Source of the DNA: a virus
Direction: 5' to 3' (one strand)
DNA length: 64,000 nucleotides
IMG/VR virus record: IMGVR_UViG_3300042868_012858
Span: 1-64,000 of that record
Under the pieces are notes generated by a model. That model ran no database searches. It was not told the DNA's origin and worked only from the letters and a program-made list of their open reading frames with translations. A program made the translations under genes and the position numbers. This document shows positions 8,551 to 18,369 of this stretch, in pieces (position 1 is the first letter of the stretch; each line of letters starts with the position of its first letter).

Positions 8551-10212
8551 TTAGTAAGTGTTGATGTTGTCGATGTAGATAACTCCGTAGAATCTGTTGT
8601 TAACCATTTTCTTAGCGTAACGAGTCATGATACCTTTTCTAGGTGTGAAATCGTTAGGATCGTAAATAGTTTGAGTCAACTGAAGAGGAATGTATGGTGC
8701 GTAGATATAACCAGCTTCCAAGAAAGTATTACCTTTGTGACCCAACAATACAATTGGAGCAGGTAGATAAGGATCTTTGTAAACTACATATCTTGAACCA
8801 AGATTACCAATTTTCTCAACACCCAAGTTGTATTTTTCAGACTCTGGTTGAGCTGAACCATCAACGTGGAAGTACTCAAGATCATCAAAGATAGCACCAG
8901 CCTCAGCAGAACATACGATCCAGTTAGCACCACCTCTAAGAGTTGATTTGTGGATTTGAGCTGAAAGTTCGTTTACTCTTGTGATAAGAGTTTGGTTCCA
9001 GTCTTTTTGAGTTCCGAAGAAGTTAGCGTTGTTAGAAAGACCTTTGTAATCCCATCTTGCTCTGAATGGAGCCTCATTGATAAGGTCGATGATGATTTCT
9101 CTATCAATCTCTGCAGCGATGTGCTCAGAAAGAAGAGCTGTCAACTCAGCCTCAGCGTCAATTGAGTGGTATGCTTCAAGATCTTGAGCTAATTCTGGAG
9201 TCCAGTGTGCTCTCAATTTTCTTGTTTCAGTGTTAACTGTAACAGAAGAGAATCTAATAGTGATCTCACCCATTTCAGACTTAGCCTCAAGGTTTGTGTA
9301 TACTTCGTATGCAGGAGAGAATAAAACTGGGCACAATGCACCAAATTTTCCAGCTCCGTCATTCACCATTGCAGTGTTGAAGTCTGTTCCGTAAACACCA
9401 GCTGGTCTCAAATCAAGAACAACTCTAGCGTTTCCGTTTGCAAACAAGTCACTTGCGTAAGTTTGAATTTGAGAGTAGAAAGGAATTCTTCCACCAGCAG
9501 CAACAATAAGAGTGTTTCCGTTTGCACCTGAATAGTAAAGGTTAGTTGCAGCAGAGAATCTTAAAGATGCAGAAGATTGAGAAGTTGAAATATCCCATCC
9601 ATTTCCTAAAGCAAATGATCCAGCGTAGATACCATTTGAGAAAGAGTTTGCTGACAACGTAGTAACATAAGTACCAGCTACAGTGTAACCTGTTCCGAAA
9701 GAAAGGTCAAAACCTCTGTTGTTGTAGAATCTCTCATATGCAGATGTATCTGCGAAATCAGGACCAGCTTGTCCGTTAGCAGTATTAGCAGGAGCTACTT
9801 TGCTATAAGAACCAGCACCTGAGTTATCAGGGAAGTTAGGGTAAACTGGATTGTTTAATGTTGTATCAGTTCCGTTGAAAGATACTCTAGCATCCATGTA
9901 GAAAAGTAAACCAGAAGGTAAAGCAAGAGGTTGTACAGATACAATCTCGTTAGCTAACAATCTAGAGAACACTCTTCTTACGATAGGGAAAGCAACTGTA
10001 TCGAATCTACCAGCAGATGAATCAAGAGTTACCTCGTTCAACATTGCTTGTGCTTGATTCTCCATCAATTGCGCAGTGTTTGCTTTTTTCATACCACGAA
10101 GACCCTCAAGAAGACCTGAATCATCCCAGTTTCTTACGATGGCTTGTCTTTGTTCAGCAAGGTTTCTAAATACTGTTAGACCTACCTTACCGCTGTTTAA
10201 AAGTTCGCTCAT
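8551..10212 (-). CDS. gp23: Major capsid protein (T4 gp23 family)
   Basis: LMENQ, FPIVRRVF, VSVQP, TRKLRAHWTPELAQDLEAYHSIDAEAELT, YAPYIPL, FTPRKGIMTRYA motifs. Confidence 0.97.
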   Translation of the reverse strand: MSELLNSGKVGLTVFRNLAEQRQAIVRNWDDSGLLEGLRGMKKANTAQLMENQAQAMLNEVTLDSSAGRFDTVAFPIVRRVFSRLLANEIVSVQPLALPSGLLFYMDARVSFNGTDTTLNNPVYPNFPDNSGAGSYSKVAPANTANGQAGPDFADTSAYERFYNNRGFDLSFGTGYTVAGTYVTTLSANSFSNGIYAGSFALGNGWDISTSQSSASLRFSAATNLYYSGANGNTLIVAAGGRIPFYSQIQTYASDLFANGNARVVLDLRPAGVYGTDFNTAMVNDGAGKFGALCPVLFSPAYEVYTNLEAKSEMGEITIRFSSVTVNTETRKLRAHWTPELAQDLEAYHSIDAEAELTALLSEHIAAEIDREIIIDLINEAPFRARWDYKGLSNNANFFGTQKDWNQTLITRVNELSAQIHKSTLRGGANWIVCSAEAGAIFDDLEYFHVDGSAQPESEKYNLGVEKIGNLGSRYVVYKDPYLPAPIVLLGHKGNTFLEAGYIYAPYIPLQLTQTIYDPNDFTPRKGIMTRYAKKMVNNRFYGVIYIDNINTY

Positions 10213-10294
10213 TTTTTTTTGTTTTTAAGGTTTTTTTAAATTGTTTTAATAATTATTCACAAATTTTCTGTTTTCCAGGTTTTTGCGAATTTTT

Positions 10295-11758
10295 TTAGTC
10301 TTCGAGACGCTTTGTCATCCCTGCAAGCTGTTTCATTCTTCTTGCCTCTTCGCTTTCATACAGAGGTTTTGATTCTGTACTTACTTTAGCTGTATGAGTA
10401 GTAGAAGCTTTAATTTTATTAGAAGCATCACCTACTTTAATATTATTTTCTTTAATAATACTTTTGTAAATTTTTTCTGCTTCCTCTATCGTATCAGCAC
10501 CATCAAATTGTTCGCAAACAGTAAGTTTTTGATCAAATGATAATCCACCATTCATTAACAACTTGTTTACAAGCGCTAGCTTTCCGTTGAAAGTTTGCAT
10601 TTCGTCAAATTGTTCTCTTAGTTGAATAAAAGCATCCTCAAACTCTTTTCTTTCAAGTTTTAGAGACTTCAATTCAGTTTGTAAACCTTTGTTTTCCTGT
10701 GTGAGCTCGCCTATTTTAGACTCATATTGAGCTTTTATTTTTTTACTTTCGTTTAATTCATGTCTGTGTTCAACACCTTGTCTTGGTTGTTTACCTAGTG
10801 TATTAGAATGTCTAAGATTGTGTCCAACACCTTGCACTTCTTCCATTCCCCAACCTTCTTGAGGCATTTCATCTTCGTCAACTATTTCAATAGTCTCTGT
10901 ATTATCTTCATCCAAATTTATTATTATTTCCTTTGGAGGGTTTGGCAATTGATTTGGGTCATTTTCATTACCCATTGTGTAGTCTACATCTTCACCACCT
11001 TCCAATTCGTCAATAATTTCTAAAAGATCATTACCTTCTTCAAATTCTTCAATTTCAAATGTCATATCTTCTTGAACTGTTGCTGCAGGAGCAGCAGGCG
11101 CTTCAGCTGCAGGAGCAACTTCAGCTTCATCATCAACAACTTCAAATTCTTGCTCTCCAGCTTGTTGGTCTGCAGAAACACCTTGTTGTTGCATTAATAC
11201 ATTTATTAATGTATCCATTTTAGAAACTAATTCTTCAATATCTTGCTCTAATTTATCTCCACCTTCTTCAGCTACAGGTTCTTCAGCTACAGGTTCTTCA
11301 GCTACAGGAGCTTCTGGCATAGGAGCTTCTGGCATAGGAGCAGCAGTTGGTTCAGCAGCAGGCGCTGCAGGAGCAGGAGCAGCCGCAGGAGCAGCTTCAG
11401 CCTCATTAGTCATTCTATTCATTTCTAACATATTTTCATTTTTTTGTTCTTCATCGGATACTTCAATTTCTTCTTCATCATCAGAAACTTCTATAAATTC
11501 ATCTTCTGGATCAACATCTGTTTCTTCATCATGTTCTGAAGAAGTACTAGTAGTAAAAACTTCTTCTCCGTCTTTTTCAACTTCAACATTTCCGTCTTCA
11601 TCAACAGAAATATTAATTTCTTCGTTAATAACTTCTAAGATTTTTTTATCAACTTCTTCTTGAAGTTTAGATTCTATCTGTTGCTGAGCAAATCTTCTGA
11701 TTTCTTCAAAATCAGCTTTGGCTTGTTCTAGCGATGACTTTCTAACATTATTGCTCAT
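10295..11758 (-). CDS. Prohead core scaffolding protein (gp22-like)
   Basis: Very acidic with coiled-coil C-terminus ending RMKQLAG; lies between protease and MCP. Confidence 0.75.
   Translation of the reverse strand: MSNNVRKSSLEQAKADFEEIRRFAQQQIESKLQEEVDKKILEVINEEINISVDEDGNVEVEKDGEEVFTTSTSSEHDEETDVDPEDEFIEVSDDEEEIEVSDEEQKNENMLEMNRMTNEAEAAPAAAPAPAAPAAEPTAAPMPEAPMPEAPVAEEPVAEEPVAEEGGDKLEQDIEELVSKMDTLINVLMQQQGVSADQQAGEQEFEVVDDEAEVAPAAEAPAAPAATVQEDMTFEIEEFEEGNDLLEIIDELEGGEDVDYTMGNENDPNQLPNPPKEIIINLDEDNTETIEIVDEDEMPQEGWGMEEVQGVGHNLRHSNTLGKQPRQGVEHRHELNESKKIKAQYESKIGELTQENKGLQTELKSLKLERKEFEDAFIQLREQFDEMQTFNGKLALVNKLLMNGGLSFDQKLTVCEQFDGADTIEEAEKIYKSIIKENNIKVGDASNKIKASTTHTAKVSTESKPLYESEEARRMKQLAGMTKRLED
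11264..11341 (-). repeat. 15-bp coding tandem repeats (APMPE x2, PVAEE x3) in scaffold linker
   Basis: ttcttcagctacagg x3 and agcttctggcatagg x2 on + strand. Confidence 0.8.
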
Positions 11759-11812
11759 ATCGTATGAAAAGATTTATTAATAAATATTTGAAAATTTCTA
11801 AAAACCGAATTA

Positions 11813-12481
11813 TTAAATATTTTTCCAAAAATCTGAATTAGCAAGCTTGTGCAATTTTGTATAATAATCGTACTGCTCTTTAAGATTTTCGTTGTCTAAT
11901 TTTAATACTTTACCACTTTCTTCTTTTAAAGGAATCATTCCTTTTCTCGCCATATCCCTACCTTCTTTAAAAAGATAAGCTCCAGGAGTTGACGGAGAAG
12001 AAACAAAATCGAATGCAATCAATTCAAAATCTTCTTGCACTAAATCTTTTCCGCTTACATTTTTTACAGAACCTACTCCTCTAGAAGAAATTCCTAGCAT
12101 AAATCCTGCTTTTAATAAACCTTTTAAAGTGCTACCAGCTTTTGTTTCTTCAGCAATCAAGACTTTACCATACAAGTCTTTTCCTTGCCACCACATATCT
12201 GTAACTCTATGAGATACATTTGCAAGAGAAACAACTGCAGAATCAGGGTGATCTAATTCACCACCAGCAGTTCCACTTTCTACAAGCTCCATATATTTAT
12301 CAACCTCTCTTTTAAGAATATCATATGGATAAACTCTACCATTTCTATTTAATGTGTCAGCCTTCTGAAGAATACCTGTCATAACCAAAGGTTTATTCTT
12401 CTCTTCAGATTCTTTTATTAATTCAGGACTAGCCTTAAACTCATAAAATTCTGTAATGATGCATTTACCGCTATTAATCAT
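11813..12481 (-). CDS. gp21: Prohead core protease (gp21 family)
   Basis: NRNGRVYP, GELDHP, GISSRGVGS, DFVSSPSTPGA motifs. Confidence 0.95.
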   Translation of the reverse strand: MINSGKCIITEFYEFKASPELIKESEEKNKPLVMTGILQKADTLNRNGRVYPYDILKREVDKYMELVESGTAGGELDHPDSAVVSLANVSHRVTDMWWQGKDLYGKVLIAEETKAGSTLKGLLKAGFMLGISSRGVGSVKNVSGKDLVQEDFELIAFDFVSSPSTPGAYLFKEGRDMARKGMIPLKEESGKVLKLDNENLKEQYDYYTKLHKLANSDFWKNI

Positions 12482-12540
12482 TTCTTAAAAAATTAGATTT
12501 ATTAATAAATATTTAGTTTTTTTATTTTTTCTCACTAAAT

Positions 12541-12569
12541 AAAAAAACCCCCAAAAAATTGGAGGTTTT
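12541..12569. terminator. Intrinsic terminator
   Basis: aaaacc-c-ccaa / ttgg-a-ggtttt stem with A7 tract. Confidence 0.55.
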
Positions 12570-12589
12570 ATATAAAATATTTAAATTAA

Positions 12590-13183
12590 TTATCCTGGTA
12601 AAATAAAAAATGTTCCAGCGTCATATGATTCTACATAATAACCCATAGATTTAATGAAATCATTAAAAGGTTTATATACTTCTAATTCATAATTTTCATA
12701 ATCATCTGTGTATGGGTCAAACAATTTCATTCTATCGTTTGAATAACTTCCTTCACCAGTCCAAATTGTATCTTCACTATAATCAGAACCGAAATCTTCA
12801 CCTGGTTTAAACCAAGCTTTAGGGTATTTTTCTTTGAGCATAGTCATCAAAGTATCTCTGTCAACTTCAACACTTTCGTTTATCTTTTTTTTCTTAGGTT
12901 TATCAGGAACTTTTAAACCTTTTCTTTTAGCTGTATTAATAGCAATGGCCACCTTTTGGTCTTGAGGCATTTTTTCGTCAGCCATTTTACTTAGCTTTGC
13001 GGAAATAACTTCTTTAGCTTTTTCAGAATACTCACTTTTCTTCTTTTTACCCTCTTCTAGAATTTTTAAATCTTTATTTATTTTTTCCTTTTCTTCTTTT
13101 AAAGTTTGTAACTTATAAAGATTTGTTACTTGCTCTTGGATATAAGAAACAAGATTTTGTTTTGTTAATTTATTAGAAGCCAT
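12590..13183 (-). CDS. Hypothetical protein, paralogue 1 (MASNK N-terminus)
   Basis: First ~45 aa nearly identical to the next gene. Confidence 0.6.
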   Translation of the reverse strand: MASNKLTKQNLVSYIQEQVTNLYKLQTLKEEKEKINKDLKILEEGKKKKSEYSEKAKEVISAKLSKMADEKMPQDQKVAIAINTAKRKGLKVPDKPKKKKINESVEVDRDTLMTMLKEKYPKAWFKPGEDFGSDYSEDTIWTGEGSYSNDRMKLFDPYTDDYENYELEVYKPFNDFIKSMGYYVESYDAGTFFILPG

Positions 13184-13214
13184 ATTTTTTTAGTTGTTAG
13201 TTTTTGTGAATTAA

Positions 13215-13619
13215 TTAATGACCATAATCAAAAGCAAAATATAATTTTTCGCCATTCGACAAATCAACTTTTTGTGAAACAATTCCACAACACATATGAC
13301 TTACTTCATCATTAATTTTATCTTCACTTTTTGTTATAATAAAATTACCATTGTATTCATACATCTCATTATCCAAAAATTCATCAATTGGCAAACTTCT
13401 TTCTAGTTCATCTAATTCATTATCGGAAATATTTTCAGAAGAATCTCTTACCATCCATCTTAATCTGTGATTACCTGAATCACTTACTTCTTTTAAGATT
13501 TTTAAATCTTTATTTATTTCTTTTCTTTGTTCTTTTAGAACTTGTAATTTATAAAGATTTTCGACTTGCTCTTGTATGTAATTAACAAGACTCTGCTTTG
13601 TCATTTTATTGGAAGCCAT
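13215..13619 (-). CDS. Hypothetical protein, paralogue 2 (MASNK N-terminus)
   Basis: Start moved to ATG at 13619, which matches the paralogue and lies 11 nt after TATTTATA. Confidence 0.6.
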   Translation of the reverse strand: MASNKMTKQSLVNYIQEQVENLYKLQVLKEQRKEINKDLKILKEVSDSGNHRLRWMVRDSSENISDNELDELERSLPIDEFLDNEMYEYNGNFIITKSEDKINDEVSHMCCGIVSQKVDLSNGEKLYFAFDYGH

Positions 13620-13648
13620 ACTTTTTTTCTTATAAATAGAAGAAAAAA

Positions 13649-14158
13649 TCAATTAGACTTGCTATATACAATAAAGTTTTTGGAATTTGAGAAAATATCA
13701 GATTTGCTTATAATATCACTAAGTCTAATACATTCATCAAATAATTCTGTATTCTTTTTATAGCTCAATGGTAATTTTTCTTCTGAATTTATATTTAAAG
13801 TATGAAGATATAACTCTATAGAAACATAATTTCTTTTTCCGTTGTAATTTAAATTTTCAGGAATGTTTTTTATGAATATATTTTCATTTTCTAATGGAAA
13901 ATACTTATTTGATTTTAACTCTTTAGATAAATTATTTGAATATATCTTATGAAGATCTCTTTCAAGAATTTCTTTTAAATCCTTCTGATCCTTGTTTTCA
14001 TTTTCTTTAGTAGGTTCTAACCAAAAACTAGCAAATATATAAATTGTTTCTGGAGCTTCCCTGTTTTCGACAGTTCCAATTTTTATGTTTATATTTTTGC
14101 TAGATAACTTATCTGTATCTACTTTTATTTCCCTTGCGGTTCTTTTACTTTCAATCAT
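13649..14158 (-). CDS. Hypothetical phage protein
   Basis: 169 aa ORF; degenerate TTTG-N20-TATATTTT promoter upstream. Confidence 0.55.
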   Translation of the reverse strand: MIESKRTAREIKVDTDKLSSKNINIKIGTVENREAPETIYIFASFWLEPTKENENKDQKDLKEILERDLHKIYSNNLSKELKSNKYFPLENENIFIKNIPENLNYNGKRNYVSIELYLHTLNINSEEKLPLSYKKNTELFDECIRLSDIISKSDIFSNSKNFIVYSKSN

Positions 14159-14210
14159 GTAATTTAAAAATTATGATGAAAAAATATAATAAAAAAATAG
14201 TTTTATTCCA

Positions 14211-14243
14211 AAAAAAAAGTCCTCACTTAAAAGAGAGGACTTT
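14211..14243. terminator. Intrinsic terminator
   Basis: aaagtcctc / gaggacttt stem with A-tract. Confidence 0.65.
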
Positions 14244-14261
14244 AATTATTGTGTTTTAGTT

Positions 14262-15089
14262 TTATTCGTTGATATAAGATTGCAATTCTAAATTAGATAA
14301 AATATACTCGTCAATATTCACAAAATTAACATTTTGCATATTCATCAATTTATTTTTAAAATTTTCCAACAATTCTTTTGAATCAGAATCTAAATCAGAT
14401 TTTGTTTCTAAAATTTGAGAAATCATTTTAAGGTTTTGTTGTTTAACCTCATTCAAATAAGAAATTTTTGTTTTTTCATCAGAAACTAATACGGAGAAAA
14501 CTTTCTTTTCTTCTTCATTTAAATGCTCATATCTATCATTAAAATTATTTACAGCAACTTTTGTAATAAATTTCCAAGACTCATTTAGTTTAGGATTATC
14601 TTCTTTTTCTTTTGAGTATTCAGATTCATTAACTGTTCTAGTAAGATATTTTACAACATAATCATATGCCTCAACTTCTCTTTCTATTTCTTTTCCTAAA
14701 TTTGAGTGAACTGCGTTTGAATTAAACTCAATCAAAGTGTTTATACTTTCAGCTAATTTATTGTCTACTCTAGACTCTATATGCATATCATCTAAAAGTT
14801 CTTTTCTAACTCTTTTATTTTCTGATGTAATGTTATTCCATTTTTCGTTTTTAAACAATTGCATATTTTGAGCAATAAATCTTTCCGCCAATCTTTCTTT
14901 GGTAAAAGGTTTAGCATTCTCAATGTTTTTAAAAACAAATTGTTGTTTTGTTAGAACAGGACTTTGTTTGATTTCTTTTAGGAATTTTTCAAGAGTAATG
15001 CTTTTTTGTTCTCTTACTAGTTCTGCTGCTGATAATCTAGTAACCGTATCTCTTATTGCTCCGAAGTTGAAAGATATATTTTGTGCCAT
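14262..15089 (-). CDS. Hypothetical helical phage protein (head module)
   Basis: 275 aa; late motif upstream; adjacent to head genes. Confidence 0.55.
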   Translation of the reverse strand: MAQNISFNFGAIRDTVTRLSAAELVREQKSITLEKFLKEIKQSPVLTKQQFVFKNIENAKPFTKERLAERFIAQNMQLFKNEKWNNITSENKRVRKELLDDMHIESRVDNKLAESINTLIEFNSNAVHSNLGKEIEREVEAYDYVVKYLTRTVNESEYSKEKEDNPKLNESWKFITKVAVNNFNDRYEHLNEEEKKVFSVLVSDEKTKISYLNEVKQQNLKMISQILETKSDLDSDSKELLENFKNKLMNMQNVNFVNIDEYILSNLELQSYINE

Positions 15090-15145
15090 CTTTTTTTTAT
15101 CTATAAATAATTTAAAAAAATGTAATTATGTTTATTTTTTTATAA

Positions 15146-15153
15146 TATATTTG
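15146..15153 (+). promoter_or_regulatory. Bacteroidota-type -7 promoter element
   Basis: TATATTTG 25 nt upstream of vWA gene ATG; no clear -33 box. Confidence 0.5.
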
Positions 15154-15178
15154 CAAAGGTAAAAATAATCCAAATTAT

Positions 15179-17494
15179 ATGATTAAATATTTAAAAATTA
15201 AAGACAACTTGTATTTAGCACAACAAGTTGTTAGACCTGAACAACAAAAAGAACAAGTTGTTGATTTATCTACACAACATATCTTTGTTATAGACTGCTC
15301 TGGATCTATGTCAGGTGAACTTTCTACTATTAGAAAGGATTTGTTTAACAAAATTTCTACAATTTTAAAACCATCTGATTCTGTAACTATTATTTGGTTC
15401 TCTGGAAGAAATCAATATGGAGTTATTTTAGAAGACTACACTGTGCACAGCAATATCGCACTAGAGAAGGTTAGAGAGACTATTAATAAGTATTTAACTC
15501 CTCAAGGGCTAACAGCATTCAAACAGCCTTTAGAAGAAGTAAAAGCCGTTATTGAAAGAGTTAGAAGCAATAATTCTAATATGCTTCACTCTATGTTTTT
15601 CTTAACTGATGGTTATGATAATCAATTTTCTACAAAAGAAATTTTGAAAGCTACCACTGAGTTAACTGATTATCTAAATAGTGCAACTATTGTAGAATAT
15701 GGTTGGTATTGTAATAGAGAGTTGCTTTCTCAAATGGCTCAAGAAATTGGTGGAGTTCACACTTTTAGTCAAAACTTCCAAGATTATGAACCATATTTGA
15801 CGAAACAATTTACTTCTGACAATAGAGGAAAAAGAACTTACATCGAATTGGCTAATGCTCCAAAGTTTGACATGGTTTTCAATGTTGTTGATGGTGATGT
15901 TGTTATGTATAAAACAAATGAAAACAACGAAATCCTAATCAATGTAAATGGGGACACAAACATTTTCTACTTTACAGATTCTTCTGTTGTTGAAACAGGA
16001 AATTACAACGTTCACAACTTGGAATATATAAAAGAATATTTTAACAATAGAATTGAGTCTGAAATGATTCAAGGAATGTATGCTTCATTATTTGCTTTCA
16101 GTAGAAAATCTGACTATGGAATGGTATCTGAAATCCTAAAAGCTTTAGGTGATGCTTATTTCATTACAGAAAAAGCAAATACTTTTGGGACTCAAAAAAT
16201 TAATGAGTTGGAAGCAAAATTCTTGGATGCTGTTAATGATTCTTCTAAAAGATATATTGATGGGTACAATCCAAATCTAGAACCTGCAGAAGATGCTTAT
16301 TGTGTTTTAGATATGATGCAAGACTTGATGACTCAAGATGGAAATTATTGGTATCCACAGCACGAGGCCTTCAACTACAAAAGAATTGGAAGCAAGACTA
16401 TTGCTAAGATGACTGATTTATCTGAAGAAGATAGACAAAAAATTGATGATTTATTGGATAGCAAAAAACTAGACGAAGCTCAACAACTTCTTGAAGAGAT
16501 TAAGAAAAATCAGCCAACTCAATTAAAGTTTCATTACTTTGGAACATTACAGGCGTTCCCTTTTTATGATCTTGTTTGGAACGAAACTAGAGCCAATCTA
16601 TCTGTTCAAGTTAATTATAAAGGTCATGTTGAATTGCCTGAAAACCAATTCGGTCTTCCAGTTCAATTCCCTACAAACCAATTCAGAAACTACACTTTAA
16701 TTAAAGATGGTATTGTCTATAATTATACATTACCAGTTTCTTTGGGTAGAGAAACATTTGACAAACTTCAGGCGAATGGTTTATTAGATGGTGAGTTTTA
16801 TGAAGAAAATAAAATTTATGTTTTAGATTTTTCTAAACTTCCTGTTATAAACAGAAAAATGGTTAGTACATTATCAGCAAAAGAATTGTTCACAAACGAA
16901 TGGGAATTATTGAAATTAAAATCTTCAAACGCTGTTTATAATTACTATAAAAAGCTTAAGTTCCAAAATACAAGCAAAGGTTTTGTAGAACAATTTGGAA
17001 AAGAGGCTACTGAGTGGTTAGCTACATTTGGATTAAAAGATTACGGATTTAATCCGCCAAAAACTGTTGAAAAGCAGGGTGAGCAAATTGATGTTAACGT
17101 TCTTGAAGTGAAAATTGATAAAATGAGCACAACACCTGGAAAGAAAGAGATAGAATCTGCGGAGAGAAAAATTAACGCAAGTGAATCTCTTACTCCTAAA
17201 GAAGCTCTTGTTGAAAATGCTATTAAAGAAGTTAATCAATTTACAGGATTAATTAAAGAAGTGACCAATCAAGACAAAATGTTAGAAGATTGGTTATATC
17301 AAAAATCTAAATTTTTCAGAACAGAAAAAAATAGATTAATGTCTGAAATTTCTAAAGCAAAATTTTTAACAATTGTTGGAAAAAGTTGGTTTACAGAATT
17401 TGCCGATAGAAGTCAAAACGAAATGACTTTGAATTTAGATTCTCAAGATGTAAAATTCAAGGTTGAGGATAAAATAGAGACTATTACAATTTAA
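15179..17494 (+). CDS. von Willebrand factor A (MIDAS) domain protein
   Basis: FVIDCSGSM (DxSxS), GLTAF, FFLTDG. Confidence 0.85.
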   Translation: MIKYLKIKDNLYLAQQVVRPEQQKEQVVDLSTQHIFVIDCSGSMSGELSTIRKDLFNKISTILKPSDSVTIIWFSGRNQYGVILEDYTVHSNIALEKVRETINKYLTPQGLTAFKQPLEEVKAVIERVRSNNSNMLHSMFFLTDGYDNQFSTKEILKATTELTDYLNSATIVEYGWYCNRELLSQMAQEIGGVHTFSQNFQDYEPYLTKQFTSDNRGKRTYIELANAPKFDMVFNVVDGDVVMYKTNENNEILINVNGDTNIFYFTDSSVVETGNYNVHNLEYIKEYFNNRIESEMIQGMYASLFAFSRKSDYGMVSEILKALGDAYFITEKANTFGTQKINELEAKFLDAVNDSSKRYIDGYNPNLEPAEDAYCVLDMMQDLMTQDGNYWYPQHEAFNYKRIGSKTIAKMTDLSEEDRQKIDDLLDSKKLDEAQQLLEEIKKNQPTQLKFHYFGTLQAFPFYDLVWNETRANLSVQVNYKGHVELPENQFGLPVQFPTNQFRNYTLIKDGIVYNYTLPVSLGRETFDKLQANGLLDGEFYEENKIYVLDFSKLPVINRKMVSTLSAKELFTNEWELLKLKSSNAVYNYYKKLKFQNTSKGFVEQFGKEATEWLATFGLKDYGFNPPKTVEKQGEQIDVNVLEVKIDKMSTTPGKKEIESAERKINASESLTPKEALVENAIKEVNQFTGLIKEVTNQDKMLEDWLYQKSKFFRTEKNRLMSEISKAKFLTIVGKSWFTEFADRSQNEMTLNLDSQDVKFKVEDKIETITI

Positions 17495-17512
17495 CAAACA
17501 ACAAATAGTGGC

Positions 17513-17544
17513 AAAAAAAAAGGAGGCTAAATTAGCCTCCTTTT
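17513..17544. terminator. Bidirectional intrinsic terminator between convergent genes
   Basis: aaaaggaggcta / tagcctcctttt perfect inverted repeat. Confidence 0.8.
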
Positions 17545-17564
17545 GTATTTTATAGTTATATTAT

Positions 17565-18188
17565 TTACACTAATCTTTGAAGATAGGTATAGTAATTAAC
17601 TAAAGGAGGGTTCGTAGTTGCTGACAATGTAAATGAAGACGCACTAAGAGCTGTAGAGTTACCGCCTGTTGTTGTAATTCCAAGAGCAGTGTATCCAGCG
17701 TTAGCTGTAAGACCTGTAACAAATTGAGCAGATGTAGTAGGAGCTTTAAATGCAACGAAAACATTGTTTCCAACTGTTGTAGCAGTAATCAATCCCTGAG
17801 TACCATTTGTGTTAGCTGTTAGTGTAAATGTGTAGTTAGTAGGAGTAGAAACATTACCTTTGCTAAATGTAGCACCCGAAACAGTTGTAGTTCCTGTATA
17901 GCCTAAATCAACTTGAGAAATAGTAGACTGCTTCACATTGTTACCTACAAATATAAAAGGCAAATTGCTATAAGAAGCGCCATTATTGTGATAATAAGTT
18001 CCTCTTTCATAATCATAAATCGTAACTCCTTGTCTTGCAAGTTCCGCACGATTTGTAATTTGTTCAGAAACTCTTAAGCCTTTCATAGCAACAATTTTAT
18101 TGCTAGGAATCGCCTTTACAAAAGCCTGAGACCCATCTCTGTATTGAATTTTAAAAGGGTTGTTTGAGAAGTTTACAAGAATTACCAT
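17565..18188 (-). CDS. Putative virion decoration protein sharing a ~90-aa domain with the tail sheath
   Basis: ITATTVGN...TGLTAxAGxTALGI..TGGN shared with sheath aa ~106-202. Confidence 0.6.
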   Translation of the reverse strand: MVILVNFSNNPFKIQYRDGSQAFVKAIPSNKIVAMKGLRVSEQITNRAELARQGVTIYDYERGTYYHNNGASYSNLPFIFVGNNVKQSTISQVDLGYTGTTTVSGATFSKGNVSTPTNYTFTLTANTNGTQGLITATTVGNNVFVAFKAPTTSAQFVTGLTANAGYTALGITTTGGNSTALSASSFTLSATTNPPLVNYYTYLQRLV

Positions 18189-18300
18189 TTTTTTATGTGT
18201 TTAATTGTTTAATGTTTATTTTTATTAATAAATATAAATCCTTTTTTTGAAACTAATCTTTTTAAAAAAAAAATTTTTATTTATAAGAAAAACAAATAAA

Positions 18301-18369
18301 ATGAGAGAGTTTATCACAACACCAAAAAGAATGCATAGACTTCCTAGAAGATGTAAAAGCGGATGCTGA
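18301..18369 (+). CDS. 22-aa Cys-containing micropeptide MREFITTPKRMHRLPRRCKSGC (not in ORF track)
   Basis: ATG 15 nt after TATTTATA (18278-18285) with A-rich leader; stop overlaps ATG of next gene. Confidence 0.5.
   Translation: MREFITTPKRMHRLPRRCKSGC

Noticed and set aside
8551-10212. Intein or intron in the capsid or sheath genes
   Set aside because: No C/S...HN splice motifs or LAGLIDADG blocks, and the reading frames are continuous.
11264-11400. Tandem repeats as a regulatory or contingency locus
   Set aside because: They are in-frame 15-bp units encoding an ordinary Pro/Ala/Glu linker of the scaffold.
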